A stretch of DNA of 62,748 nucleotides, the filler included, from Nitrospirota bacterium (GTDB lineage: Bacteria > UBA2233), in NCBI GenBank assembly GCA_011620345.1. It is 3 parts of 3 records of this genome, joined end to end, with 100 filler letters (N's around TTAATTAATTAA, not from the genome) between each part and the next. Parts side by side here need not be neighbours in the genome. Positions count along the whole stretch, not along the records: positions 42,011 to 62,748 come from WOZJ01000063.1; 2 more parts are not named here. One strand, 5' to 3'. The translations under genes and the position numbers were made by a program. Below the pieces are notes generated by a model, which worked only from the letters and a program-made list of their open reading frames with translations, ran no database searches and had not been told where the DNA came from. Positions 48,513 through 57,411 of the stretch are shown here, piece by piece (the first letter of the stretch is position 1; every line of letters starts with the position of its first letter).

Positions 48513-49202
48513 ATGGCTTTTGTGCAAACGAGCGTCTATCACGATTGTCTCGCATTCCTTCGTGTCTCCGGCTCAAAGGCGGGGGGACGGATGGCTGCCG
48601 AGGCGTCTTTTTCCCTCCCAAAGGGCGGAATCCTAGGCGTTTTTGGCGCTCCAGGAACTGGCAAGAGCACGCTCACTAGGCTCGCTGCCCTAAGGGAGAT
48701 GCCCTCCGATGGGTACATCGTGTGCTTTGGCCGGAACGTGCTCAAGTGCCAGTTGGCACAGCTCCAGCAGATGCGCCTTAGGATAGGAGCGGTGTTGGAA
48801 GGAAGCAGGCTAATCGAAGAGGCCAGCGTGGCGTTCAACCTCAAGTGCCTTGCCCCTTTGGCCGAGGAGTGCTCTAAGGGGACCCTTAAGGAGCGCACCG
48901 AAGCACTTTTAGAGCTTTTGGAATGCCCCGGCAGTTTGCAAGCTTTCCTGAAATCGCGGGTAAGCATCCTGCCGGAGAGCTTAAAAAGGAGGGTGCTGTT
49001 CATGAGGGAGTGCCTTCTTGCGCCGGAGCTCCTCGTCCTCGATTGTCCGTTCGAGTTGCTCGGACATCGCCTTGGCCAACGCTTCCTCTACGGCGTTCAA
49101 GGGGTGCTTCAGAAGACAGCGGGCATCCTCTTGACCGCCTCGAGTCCGGAAACGGCCAGGGCGCTGCAAGACCGCTTCCCCTGGGTCAGGCTCGAAGCGT
49201 AG
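48513..49202 (+). CDS. Degenerate FtsE-like ABC ATPase
   Basis: Walker A GAPGTGKS, EMPSDG, RLRIG; signature, Walker B Glu and H-loop are altered; synteny. Confidence 0.6.
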   Translation: MAFVQTSVYHDCLAFLRVSGSKAGGRMAAEASFSLPKGGILGVFGAPGTGKSTLTRLAALREMPSDGYIVCFGRNVLKCQLAQLQQMRLRIGAVLEGSRLIEEASVAFNLKCLAPLAEECSKGTLKERTEALLELLECPGSLQAFLKSRVSILPESLKRRVLFMRECLLAPELLVLDCPFELLGHRLGQRFLYGVQGVLQKTAGILLTASSPETARALQDRFPWVRLEA

Positions 49203-49205
49203 ACG

Positions 49206-50024
49206 ATGGAAAGGCTCCAAGGAACCATATTCTGGGCTCGCTCTCTGGGCTGTCTTTGGTGGGCTATCGCCAAGGATACCTCAGACACCCCGAGATTTTT
49301 GGGGCGGGTAATCCTCGTCTTTTCCATGCTATGGGGGGTGCTCCTCATCGGGGAGCCGATGGGCTTCTGGATCATCCAGCCAAAAACGCTTGCCTGGGTC
49401 TTGGCGGACCCAGGCATGGCCTCCGACATGCAAACCCTCACCGGTCGCCTTGCCAACCTCCAAAAACGCCGCAAAGACCTGGCCCTCACTCCGGAACGCT
49501 TGCCCAAACATCCAGAAGCAAGAGTTTGGAGGCTTACGGTGCGAACCGTCCTTCAGCCCAATGGGCGCGTGGCTCTCGAACGTCCGCTGCTTGAAGGACT
49601 GCAAGGGGTACGGGTTCTCTGGCAAGAACCTGTCCCGCTTTTGGGGTTCGACGACTCAACGGCCGCCAAGCGTTTCCTAGCCGTTGCGTTTGCTTGGGTT
49701 GCTTCGCTCGGGTTCCTATACGGAATATTGCTCGCCTCCGGGCTCGAGCGAACCCGCCCCCTCTGGAGCGTGTGGTTTTGGCATGGGCTTGAGCCTTCCA
49801 GGCTAAAAATCCTCATGGGCGGGCATCTTGTAGCTACGGGGTTGCGCGATGGCCTACTGGCGGGCGTGGCAAGCGCTTGGCTTGCCTTTTGGTTCAAGCT
49901 CGTGGCCCTCCGGGACTTTCTCGTCGTAGGGGGCGCTTGGATGGTGCTTGTCGTCGGCCTTAGCGGGTTGATTCTTGTAAAGCGTTTTATGAGGAAAATC
50001 CTTGAAGATTCTTGTTCGGCTTAG
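49206..50024 (+). CDS. Divergent FtsX-like membrane protein
   Basis: One TM, a periplasmic loop, then three TMs; lies between the FtsE-like and M23-like genes. Confidence 0.45.
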   Translation: MERLQGTIFWARSLGCLWWAIAKDTSDTPRFLGRVILVFSMLWGVLLIGEPMGFWIIQPKTLAWVLADPGMASDMQTLTGRLANLQKRRKDLALTPERLPKHPEARVWRLTVRTVLQPNGRVALERPLLEGLQGVRVLWQEPVPLLGFDDSTAAKRFLAVAFAWVASLGFLYGILLASGLERTRPLWSVWFWHGLEPSRLKILMGGHLVATGLRDGLLAGVASAWLAFWFKLVALRDFLVVGGAWMVLVVGLSGLILVKRFMRKILEDSCSA

Positions 50025-50538
50025 GGCTCTTTCCTTACCGATTGCCGCGCTCATTCTTGCGACTTGTGCTGGCTTGGCATGGCTTCGAGGCGCTGTACCG
50101 TCCCTACCCTTGCAAGCCTTCCATCGCGGGCATGTCCAAATGCGTACGATGCCCCAAAGCCACCCTCAAGAGCTCACGGAAGCTTGGCTAGCGCTCCAGC
50201 GAGAGGCGAAAGAGGCGCTGGACATCGGGCTTCCATCCGAGCCGGCAGAACCTCCCAAGCCGCTGTGGGGTGGTGTTATAATAAACGCTGAGAATCCTTT
50301 GGTGCTCGCCGGAGCGTCTGGAAGGCCGATCTACATAGGGTTCGTGAACGGCCTTGGTTATGTCGTCGTACTGGACCACGGAAACAGGACATACACGATT
50401 TATGGCCTCCTCAAAGAAGTGTTGATCCACAACCTAGAGCGCGTCGCGAAGGGCCAGGCGATAGGGCTTGCCCACACGGAGCCTGGAAGGCGCCTCTATG
50501 CCGCATATTTTGCCGTGCAAAAAGAGACAACGCGCTGA
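50002..50538 (+). CDS. Short EnvC-like/M23 peptidase-fold protein
   Basis: GLGYVVVLDHGNRTYTIYGLL...VAKGQAIG matches the M23 pattern without the Zn ligands. Confidence 0.7.
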   Translation: MKILVRLRALSLPIAALILATCAGLAWLRGAVPSLPLQAFHRGHVQMRTMPQSHPQELTEAWLALQREAKEALDIGLPSEPAEPPKPLWGGVIINAENPLVLAGASGRPIYIGFVNGLGYVVVLDHGNRTYTIYGLLKEVLIHNLERVAKGQAIGLAHTEPGRRLYAAYFAVQKETTR

Positions 50539-50602
50539 AAACCCAAGCCCTGGAGCCAAGCCCCCTGTATCCAAACCCACACCAGAAAGGAGTTTTGCCT
50601 TT

Positions 50603-51937
50603 ATGAGTGCAACGCCAAAGCAACGTCGCAAGTGGATTTTCATTCTAAGCGCGTTGAGCTGCCTAGCGGCGGTCTTTTACGGCCTGGATGGCCTGGCATT
50701 AAAGCAAGATCAAGAATCCTCAACCTTCGGGCAGTTCAAGCTTTTCACGGAGGTCATGTCCGTAGTCAGGGAAAACTACGTCCAGAACCTCGAAACCGAA
50801 CAGCTGATTCAAGGCGCGATGAAGGGGATGATCAGTCAGCTCGACCCGCACTCGTCCGTCTTGACGCCCGAGGAGTTCAAAGAGATGCAGATCGAAACGA
50901 GCGGGTCGTTTGCAGGCGTTGGGATGGTCATCACACTCAAGGACGGTCTTCTTACCGTTGTTTCGCCCATAGAAGACTCGCCCGCCCAAGCAGCAGGCAT
51001 ACGGTCCGGCGATGTAATCTTGAAGATCGACGGGGCCGCGACGCAGGGAATGACGACAGAAGAGGCGGCAAAACGTCTTAGGGGACCCAAAGGTACCAAG
51101 GTCAAGCTCTTGGTCCTATCAGACGGCACGCAAGAACCCAGAGAGGTCGGGTTGGTACGGGACGTCATCCGCGTCAAGAGCGTAAAGACGAGCATGCTCG
51201 CCCCGGGCTACGGGTACGCGCGCGTTTCGCAATTCCAGGAAAACACGTCCAAGGAGCTTGCCAGGCAAGTTGCGCTTCTTCAAAAGCAAACCCCGCTTCG
51301 CGGGCTCATACTCGACCTTAGGAATAACCCCGGAGGGCTACTGGACCAGGCCGTTACAGTGTCGGATTTCTTCCTCAAGAAAGGCCTGATCGTCTACACC
51401 AAAGGCCGAAGGGCCGACCAGGAACTTAGCTTCAGAGCCAAAAACGACGGCAATGAACCAACCTGCCCGCTTGTCGTGCTTGTCAACGCCGGCTCGGCAT
51501 CGGCCTCCGAGATCGTGGCAGGGGCGCTCCAAGATCAGCGCCGCGCCGTTGTTTTGGGATCGCAGACGTTTGGCAAAGGCAGCGTTCAGTCGGTTTTTCC
51601 TCTGGACGAGGGGTGGGCCTTAAGGCTCACGACGGCGCTATACTACACGCCCAAGGGCCGCTCCATCCAGGCGACAGGGATCGTCCCGGACATCACGGTC
51701 GCCGAGGGCGGGGAAACGGACTTCAAGCGGCTAAAAAAAGAGCCCCTTACGTTTAGGGAGCGCGACTTAGAGCGGCATTTTGAAAATGGAAGCGAGAACA
51801 AAAAAGAAGACGTACCAAAACCTGTTCTGAATGGGCCTGTCGATTTGTTGACAACAGACCCTCAAGTAGAACGCGCCTACCAAATCCTAAAGGCGCTCGA
51901 GGCGCTCGAGGCCCCTCTGCAACAGAAGAAAGGATAA
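50603..51937 (+). CDS. ctpA: Carboxyl-terminal processing protease (S41) with PDZ domain
   Basis: LDPHS, PDZ domain, DLRNNPGG, SASASE, FGKGSVQ. Confidence 0.93.
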   Translation: MSATPKQRRKWIFILSALSCLAAVFYGLDGLALKQDQESSTFGQFKLFTEVMSVVRENYVQNLETEQLIQGAMKGMISQLDPHSSVLTPEEFKEMQIETSGSFAGVGMVITLKDGLLTVVSPIEDSPAQAAGIRSGDVILKIDGAATQGMTTEEAAKRLRGPKGTKVKLLVLSDGTQEPREVGLVRDVIRVKSVKTSMLAPGYGYARVSQFQENTSKELARQVALLQKQTPLRGLILDLRNNPGGLLDQAVTVSDFFLKKGLIVYTKGRRADQELSFRAKNDGNEPTCPLVVLVNAGSASASEIVAGALQDQRRAVVLGSQTFGKGSVQSVFPLDEGWALRLTTALYYTPKGRSIQATGIVPDITVAEGGETDFKRLKKEPLTFRERDLERHFENGSENKKEDVPKPVLNGPVDLLTTDPQVERAYQILKALEALEAPLQQKKG

Positions 51938-51949
51938 ATAGGAAGAGGC

Positions 51950-53137
51950 ATGATGGACTTGCTCCATGGAATCACCGTCTTGGATTTAACGAGGCTCTTA
52001 CCGGGGAACTTTTGCACGCTGTGCTTGGCGGACTTGGGCGCGGAAGTGATCAAAGTCGAAGACCCCGTGCGAGGGGACTACATTCGCTGGATGCCGCCGT
52101 TTTTTGGCGAGGAGAGCGCCTACCATCTGCTCGTGAACCGAAGCAAGAAGAGCGTTTGCTTGGACTTAAAACAACCTAAGGCCAAGGAGTCCTTCCTTAA
52201 GTGCCTCGAGCGTGCGGACGTGCTCGTCGAAAGCTTCAGGCCCGGCATAATGGCAAAACTAGGCTTGGACTACGGTACGCTCAAGGGCCTTTTCCCTAGG
52301 CTTGTCTACTGCGCCATCACGGGCTACGGGCAAGACGGCCCATTTCGAGACCGGGCGGGCCATGATTTGAACTACATCGGGTTTGCCGGGCTGCTTTCGA
52401 CGACGAAGGATGGGGCCGGCAGGCCTGTCATTCCTGGCATTCAGGCGGCCGATTTGTTCGGAGGGGGGCTCATGGCCGCCCTTGGGATCGTCTCCGCCCT
52501 CATCCGGTGCCAAAGGACGGGGGCGGGGGCATTTTTGGATATCAGCATGACGGACGGGGCCGCCTTCTCCCAGCCCGTCGCCCTTGCAGAGCCAATGTTT
52601 GAACAATCCCAAGAGGGGTCAACAATCAAGGTCTTGACGGGCGGGGTCGTGTGCTACAACGTCTACGAGACGTTGGACGACAGGTTCGTAACGCTCGGCG
52701 CGATCGAGGAGAAGTTCTGGCAGAGCTTCGTTGAGGCCGTAGGCAAGCCAGAGTGGAAGTCCCGCCAGTTCGACGCGGCGGATTCCTCCGACCAGAGCTC
52801 TGTCTACGGTGATCTCTGCGTTCTTTTCCGGCAAAAATCCATGCAGGAATGGGAAGCGATGCTTTCTAAGGTCGATACCTGCTTCGGCGTCGTCCAGACG
52901 CACGCGGAGGTGCTTCGCCACCCGCTCTTTCAGGCCCGGGGGTTATTTGGAGAGATGAGCGATCCTGAGCTTGGGACGATCCCGCAGGTTATGAGCCCGA
53001 TCAAGCTAGACGGCGCCCCGTTCCAGCCAAAGGCAAGGGCGCCAAAGTTCGGCGAGCATACGTTCGAGGTCCTTACAAGCTACGGGGTCGATTCCGCCAC
53101 GCTCGAGGCACTAAAACGCTCGGGCGCGGCCCGCTAA
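51950..53137 (+). CDS. CaiB/BaiF class III CoA transferase / acyl-CoA racemase
   Basis: LADLGAEVIKVE, ESFRPG, GYGQDGP, AGHDLNY. Confidence 0.92.
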   Translation: MMDLLHGITVLDLTRLLPGNFCTLCLADLGAEVIKVEDPVRGDYIRWMPPFFGEESAYHLLVNRSKKSVCLDLKQPKAKESFLKCLERADVLVESFRPGIMAKLGLDYGTLKGLFPRLVYCAITGYGQDGPFRDRAGHDLNYIGFAGLLSTTKDGAGRPVIPGIQAADLFGGGLMAALGIVSALIRCQRTGAGAFLDISMTDGAAFSQPVALAEPMFEQSQEGSTIKVLTGGVVCYNVYETLDDRFVTLGAIEEKFWQSFVEAVGKPEWKSRQFDAADSSDQSSVYGDLCVLFRQKSMQEWEAMLSKVDTCFGVVQTHAEVLRHPLFQARGLFGEMSDPELGTIPQVMSPIKLDGAPFQPKARAPKFGEHTFEVLTSYGVDSATLEALKRSGAAR

Positions 53138-53141
53138 GCGC

Positions 53142-53792
53142 ATGGCAGGCATCATAGGTTCGGACGAATCGGGGAAGGGAGATTACTTCGGCCCCCTTGT
53201 CGTCGCGGCCGTGTTCGTGCCGGAAGAAAGCCTGGATGTCCTGAGCCTGCTGGGCGTCAAGGACTCCAAGCGGCTTAGCGATACAAAGGCCTTAAGGCTT
53301 GCCGATGAGCTTGGCCAGAGCTACCCAAACAGCATCGTGGCCATTTCCCCAAAACGTTACAACGAGCTATACGGGAAGTTTGGCAACTTAAACAGGCTTC
53401 TTGCGTGGGCGCACGCAAGGGCGATCGAGAACCTGCTTGTCGCCCACGAACCCAAACTGATCCTTGTAGATCAGTTTGCCGACCCCAGCGTACTCAAGCG
53501 CGCGCTGTTCGAAAAGACAAGGAAAAACGTTCTCCTCCAGCAGGTCAGGGCCGAAGAACACCCCGCTGTTGCCCTGGCGAGCATCCTGGCGAGAAGCAAG
53601 TTCCTTGTGAGTTTAAGGCAGCTTGGAGAGGAGTTTGGGCTCTCACTTCCAAAAGGTGCGTCGGCAGAGGTCGAGCAGACCGCACGATCCTTCTACCAAA
53701 CCTTCGGCCTAGAAGGGCTCCACCAGGTCGCCAAGCTCCATTTCAAGACCACCCAACGGGTGGTCCCTCCGCAAGCCCCCCAGGGCGTATAA
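53142..53792 (+). CDS. rnhC: Ribonuclease HIII, catalytic domain only
   Basis: GSDESGKGDYFGP, DSK, VDQF, ASILAR, KLHFKT. Confidence 0.88.
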   Translation: MAGIIGSDESGKGDYFGPLVVAAVFVPEESLDVLSLLGVKDSKRLSDTKALRLADELGQSYPNSIVAISPKRYNELYGKFGNLNRLLAWAHARAIENLLVAHEPKLILVDQFADPSVLKRALFEKTRKNVLLQQVRAEEHPAVALASILARSKFLVSLRQLGEEFGLSLPKGASAEVEQTARSFYQTFGLEGLHQVAKLHFKTTQRVVPPQAPQGV

Positions 53793-54102
53793 CAGACAGC
53801 TGCCTCCACTCGCAAAATGCCAGCCGGGCCGCGTTGACCGTGCTTTCGCAAATGCCCGCAAACCTTCAAGGGCCTTGAGGGCATTTGCGGCATGGAAAGG
53901 GGGAAAAGCGTCGTCTTTTTCATGCTGTACTTTTCGGTGGCCGTTGAGATACGCTAAAACTTGAAAGAGTTTTGCAAAAGAACGAAGGTGCCAGGCAGCG
54001 GAATCCGTGCTCATTGTCGAAAAATCCCTTTGAGTTCTTCACTGCAGGTTCAATGTATATTTAACTATCCGTTAGAACTGGGAATGCATAAAGCGGGGAG
54101 AC

Positions 54103-54399
54103 ATGACGACCTATTTCGTAACCCGGCATCCGGGTGCAAGAGAGTGGGCTGAGACAAATGGGGTTCAGGTGGACCGGTTAGTGGAACACCTTGACGTTCG
54201 AACCATTCAGCCCGGAGATATCGTGATCGGCTCCCTTCCTGTCAACCTCGCTTGGCAGGTGTGCGCTAGGGGAGGGCGCTATTTCCACTTAAGCTTAGAA
54301 ATCCCGCAAGAATGGAGGGGGAAAGAGCTGACCAAAGAGCAGATGGATGCTTTCGGGGCCACAATAGAAGAGTACGTCGTTCGACGAGCGGAGCCTTGA
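54103..54399 (+). CDS. csx16: CRISPR-associated protein Csx16 (VVA1548 family), orphan
   Basis: FVTRHPGAREW, HLD, GDIVIGSLPVNLA, LSL..RGKEL; 98 aa; GGGGAG RBS. Confidence 0.88.
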   Translation: MTTYFVTRHPGAREWAETNGVQVDRLVEHLDVRTIQPGDIVIGSLPVNLAWQVCARGGRYFHLSLEIPQEWRGKELTKEQMDAFGATIEEYVVRRAEP

Positions 54400-54637
54400 C
54401 CCAAGGGGGTACGTCAAGCCTTTTACGCTTGCGTCTTACTTTTGGGGTTTTTCCCTTGTTGGGTTCCACAGGTTAAAGCTCCTGCGACAAAGCCGGAAAG
54501 TAAGAGCGTCCTAACGCAAAGGCTTTTTAAAGCACCGCTTTAAAAATGAGGCTGCGCCTCCTTTCCCGGTACGTGCGTGTTCTTGCCTTATTTGGTCGAT
54601 GGTCATCGTTTCGCCTCTAAATTAAGCGCTACATCCC

Positions 54638-54665
54638 TTGACGCCCCCTTCTTAAATGCCATAAT
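54638..54665 (+). promoter_or_regulatory. Putative sigma70 promoter of the acyl-CoA dehydrogenase pair
   Basis: TTGACG-16nt-CATAAT with extended -10 TG. Confidence 0.5.
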
Positions 54666-54719
54666 AGAGACACTATGCTGGCTCTTGGATAAGCGTTTTC
54701 AAGAAGCGCATTCTGTGGT

Positions 54720-54739
54720 TTGAATGAACGTTCATGAAA
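54720..54739. promoter_or_regulatory. Palindromic operator candidate (TetR/FadR-like)
   Basis: TTGAATGAACGTTCATGAAA with perfect core ATGAACGTTCAT. Confidence 0.45.
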
Positions 54740-54829
54740 TATGTTTCTTTTGGCAAAACAACTCTAGCAAGAGCAAGTGGGATGCTTTCCCAATGGAGGA
54801 ACCATCAAGCCCGGCATGGAGGTGCCTAG

Positions 54830-55900
54830 ATGATCGATTTTGGTTTGAATGACGAGCAAAGAGAGCTCAAGGCCTTGGCCCAGGATTTCGCCAAGGAGCG
54901 TATCCGCCCGCTTAACCGGGATGCCGAAAAAGGGGGGGTCCCCGAAGCGCTGAAACGAGAGGCGTTCGAAGTCGGTTTCTCACGAATGGCCTTACCCGAA
55001 GGGTTGGACGGGCTAAACCTGGGCTATCTGGAACAGGCGCTTGTTTTGGAAGAGCTAGCATGGGGAGATGCCGGGATCGCGCCGATGCTCCTAGGGAGCG
55101 GATTTGCCGGGCTTGCCATCAAAGAGCTTGCGAGCGAACCCCAAAAGGAGCAGTTCCTTGCACCATTCGCGAAGCCTGAAAATTTTGCGCTGCTGGGGGC
55201 GCTCGCCTGGGCCGAGCCGACGGCCGGGTTCGACCTTAAAGCCTCCGAGGTTCACGAAAAAAACGGGAAGCTCTACGGGCAAAAAGGCCTCGTTTGGCCC
55301 TGTCCGGCAGGCCTTTACGTAGTGCTGGGCAACGACGGCGCCTGGGTTCTCCAAGGAACGCCAAAAACTAAACCCTCCCAAACACGCTTGGGCCTCCTGG
55401 CTACCCCTGCAGGATGGCTAAGCTTAGACGGCGAGCAAGCCGAGCGGCTTCAAGGAGATGGCCGTATCGGACGGCTCCTTGCCGGTGTTCGCGTCTTATT
55501 GGGGGGAATGCTCTGCGGGGTCGCGAGGGCAAGCCTCGAGTACGCGCTCGAATACACCTCTCAAAGAACGGCTTTCGACCAAGTGATTGCACAATTTCAG
55601 GGGATTTCTTTCGCTGCGGCAGATATGCACATGGAAAACGACGGGGCCACTCTTGGGGTCCTCAAGGCCGCTTGGGCGCTCGATAGCGGCCTTGAGGAGG
55701 CGGAAAAGCTCTCTTTCCAAGCGCTCGTGGCCGCATCAAGGGCTGCGCTGTTCTCGAGCAACTGGGCCGTCCAAATGCTTGGCGGCCATGGCTATACTTT
55801 TGATTACCCTGTTGAAAAATGGATGCGGGATGCAAGGGCGCTGGCCACGAATGCAGGTCAAGAAGAAGCCTTTATGCACCTTGCCGACACAGCTCTTTAA
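54830..55900 (+). CDS. Acyl-CoA dehydrogenase family, probable non-catalytic subunit
   Basis: EELAWGD, RTAFDQVIAQFQ, VQMLGGHGY, PVEKWMRDA; lacks the IxEG motif. Confidence 0.85.
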   Translation: MIDFGLNDEQRELKALAQDFAKERIRPLNRDAEKGGVPEALKREAFEVGFSRMALPEGLDGLNLGYLEQALVLEELAWGDAGIAPMLLGSGFAGLAIKELASEPQKEQFLAPFAKPENFALLGALAWAEPTAGFDLKASEVHEKNGKLYGQKGLVWPCPAGLYVVLGNDGAWVLQGTPKTKPSQTRLGLLATPAGWLSLDGEQAERLQGDGRIGRLLAGVRVLLGGMLCGVARASLEYALEYTSQRTAFDQVIAQFQGISFAAADMHMENDGATLGVLKAAWALDSGLEEAEKLSFQALVAASRAALFSSNWAVQMLGGHGYTFDYPVEKWMRDARALATNAGQEEAFMHLADTAL

Positions 55901-55913
55901 GGAGGACCATGGC

Positions 55914-57131
55914 ATGGCGCTTGAATTTCTTGAATCGCCACAGCAGCAAACCATTCGAGAGTTCGTCCACTGGGTGGCCAAAGAGAAGATGCGTCCGAAC
56001 GCGCTCGAAGCGGACAGAAACCAAGAAGTCCCTATTGGGCTCTTGACCGAGCTCAAAGAGATGGGAATCACGATGGACACGGGTTCGGGCGGAGGCAGGC
56101 TAGAGGAAGGCTCCGAGAAAAAAGCGGGGAAGGCCCCAAAGGAGTTTAATCGGCTTATCGTGACGGCTGTCGAGGAGCTTGGCTGGGGGGACGCAGGCAT
56201 TACGCTGAGCCTCTCTGGAGCAGGGTTGGGTGGCCCCCCCGTTTCCTCCTTCGGTACACTAGAACAAAGGGAGCGCTTTTTTGGGATCTTCAAGGACAAA
56301 GAGCCGAAATGGGGTGCTTACGCCACGACGGAGCCTCAGTGTGGCTCGGATGTCTCTGGCATCCGTACGCGCTGCGTAAAAGACGGAGACGCCTACATCT
56401 TAAACGGCACGAAGACGTTCATCACCAACGGCAATATCGCTTCGTGGGTCGTCGTGTTCGCCACGATCGACTTCTCTTTAGGTAGAGCCGGCCACAGGGC
56501 GTTCGTCGTCGAGAAGGGGATGCCCGGTTTTATTCAGGGAGAAAAGGTCCATAAAATGGGTCTTCGGGCGAACGACACGGCCGTTTTGTACTTCGAGGAC
56601 TGCCGAGTACCCAAAGAAAACCTGCTTGGCGGCGAAGACCTGTACGAGGCCCGCCAAAGCGGAGGGTTTCGTGTCGCGATGGGTACGTTCGATGCAACCC
56701 GTCCGATCGTGGCCGCGATGGCGCTCGGTATCGCAAGGGCCTCCTTCGAGCATACCCGAGACTTCATCAAGGAAAACTATAACTTAGACAGGCCTATCGC
56801 TCGTTACGGAAGAATAAAAGAAAAGCTGGCTGAAATGGAGCTTAAGCTTGGGGCTGGCCGCCTCCTAATCCAAAAGGCCGCATGGATGGCCGACGTAGGC
56901 AGGCCTAACACGCTCGAAGCCTCGGCGGCCAAGGCGTACATGGGAAAGGCCGCTCTCGAGATATGCGCGGAATGCATCGATTTGATCGGCGATTCTGGCA
57001 CCACGCAGGATCACCTGCTCGAAAAATGGTTTCGGGATATTAAGGTTTACGACATCTTCGAAGGGACGGGGCAGGTCAACAGGCTTGTTGTGGCACGCAG
57101 GCTCTACGAGCCCTTCGGCATCCGCGTGTAA
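55914..57131 (+). CDS. Acyl-CoA dehydrogenase family, probable catalytic subunit
   Basis: TEPQCGSD, NGTKTFITN, KMGLRA, DIFEGT. Confidence 0.92.
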   Translation: MALEFLESPQQQTIREFVHWVAKEKMRPNALEADRNQEVPIGLLTELKEMGITMDTGSGGGRLEEGSEKKAGKAPKEFNRLIVTAVEELGWGDAGITLSLSGAGLGGPPVSSFGTLEQRERFFGIFKDKEPKWGAYATTEPQCGSDVSGIRTRCVKDGDAYILNGTKTFITNGNIASWVVVFATIDFSLGRAGHRAFVVEKGMPGFIQGEKVHKMGLRANDTAVLYFEDCRVPKENLLGGEDLYEARQSGGFRVAMGTFDATRPIVAAMALGIARASFEHTRDFIKENYNLDRPIARYGRIKEKLAEMELKLGAGRLLIQKAAWMADVGRPNTLEASAAKAYMGKAALEICAECIDLIGDSGTTQDHLLEKWFRDIKVYDIFEGTGQVNRLVVARRLYEPFGIRV

Positions 57132-57246
57132 GAGCAAAAAGGCTCAAAGTAAGAAAGCTGGGGCTCCTTAGCGGCTAAATGGCATGTGTATTGCTACAAT
57201 ATGTTCCTATTAGTAGAAGTCGTAGAATTACTAAAGGAGCACTGCC

Positions 57247-57411
57247 ATGCCAGAAACCACAAAAGCAATTGCCTTCCATCAAGACGCTCGCCCCATCCAG
57301 GGCAATAAGACATCCAAGAAGTTCGAACCGGGGGAAGGCGCGCCGATCTACTGCGCCTTCCCCAAGGTCACGTTCGGAGAAGCACTGGTAGAGGAATACC
57401 AGCCGTATTGA
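57247..57411 (+). CDS. Small ORF (54 aa), possibly a truncated gene
   Basis: AAGGAG-7nt-ATG; MPETTKAIAF...ALVEEYQPY*; below the ORF-track length cutoff. Confidence 0.35.
   Translation: MPETTKAIAFHQDARPIQGNKTSKKFEPGEGAPIYCAFPKVTFGEALVEEYQPY

Noticed and set aside
53793-54829. CRISPR array near csx16
   Set aside because: No regularly spaced 25-45 bp repeats seen on either strand
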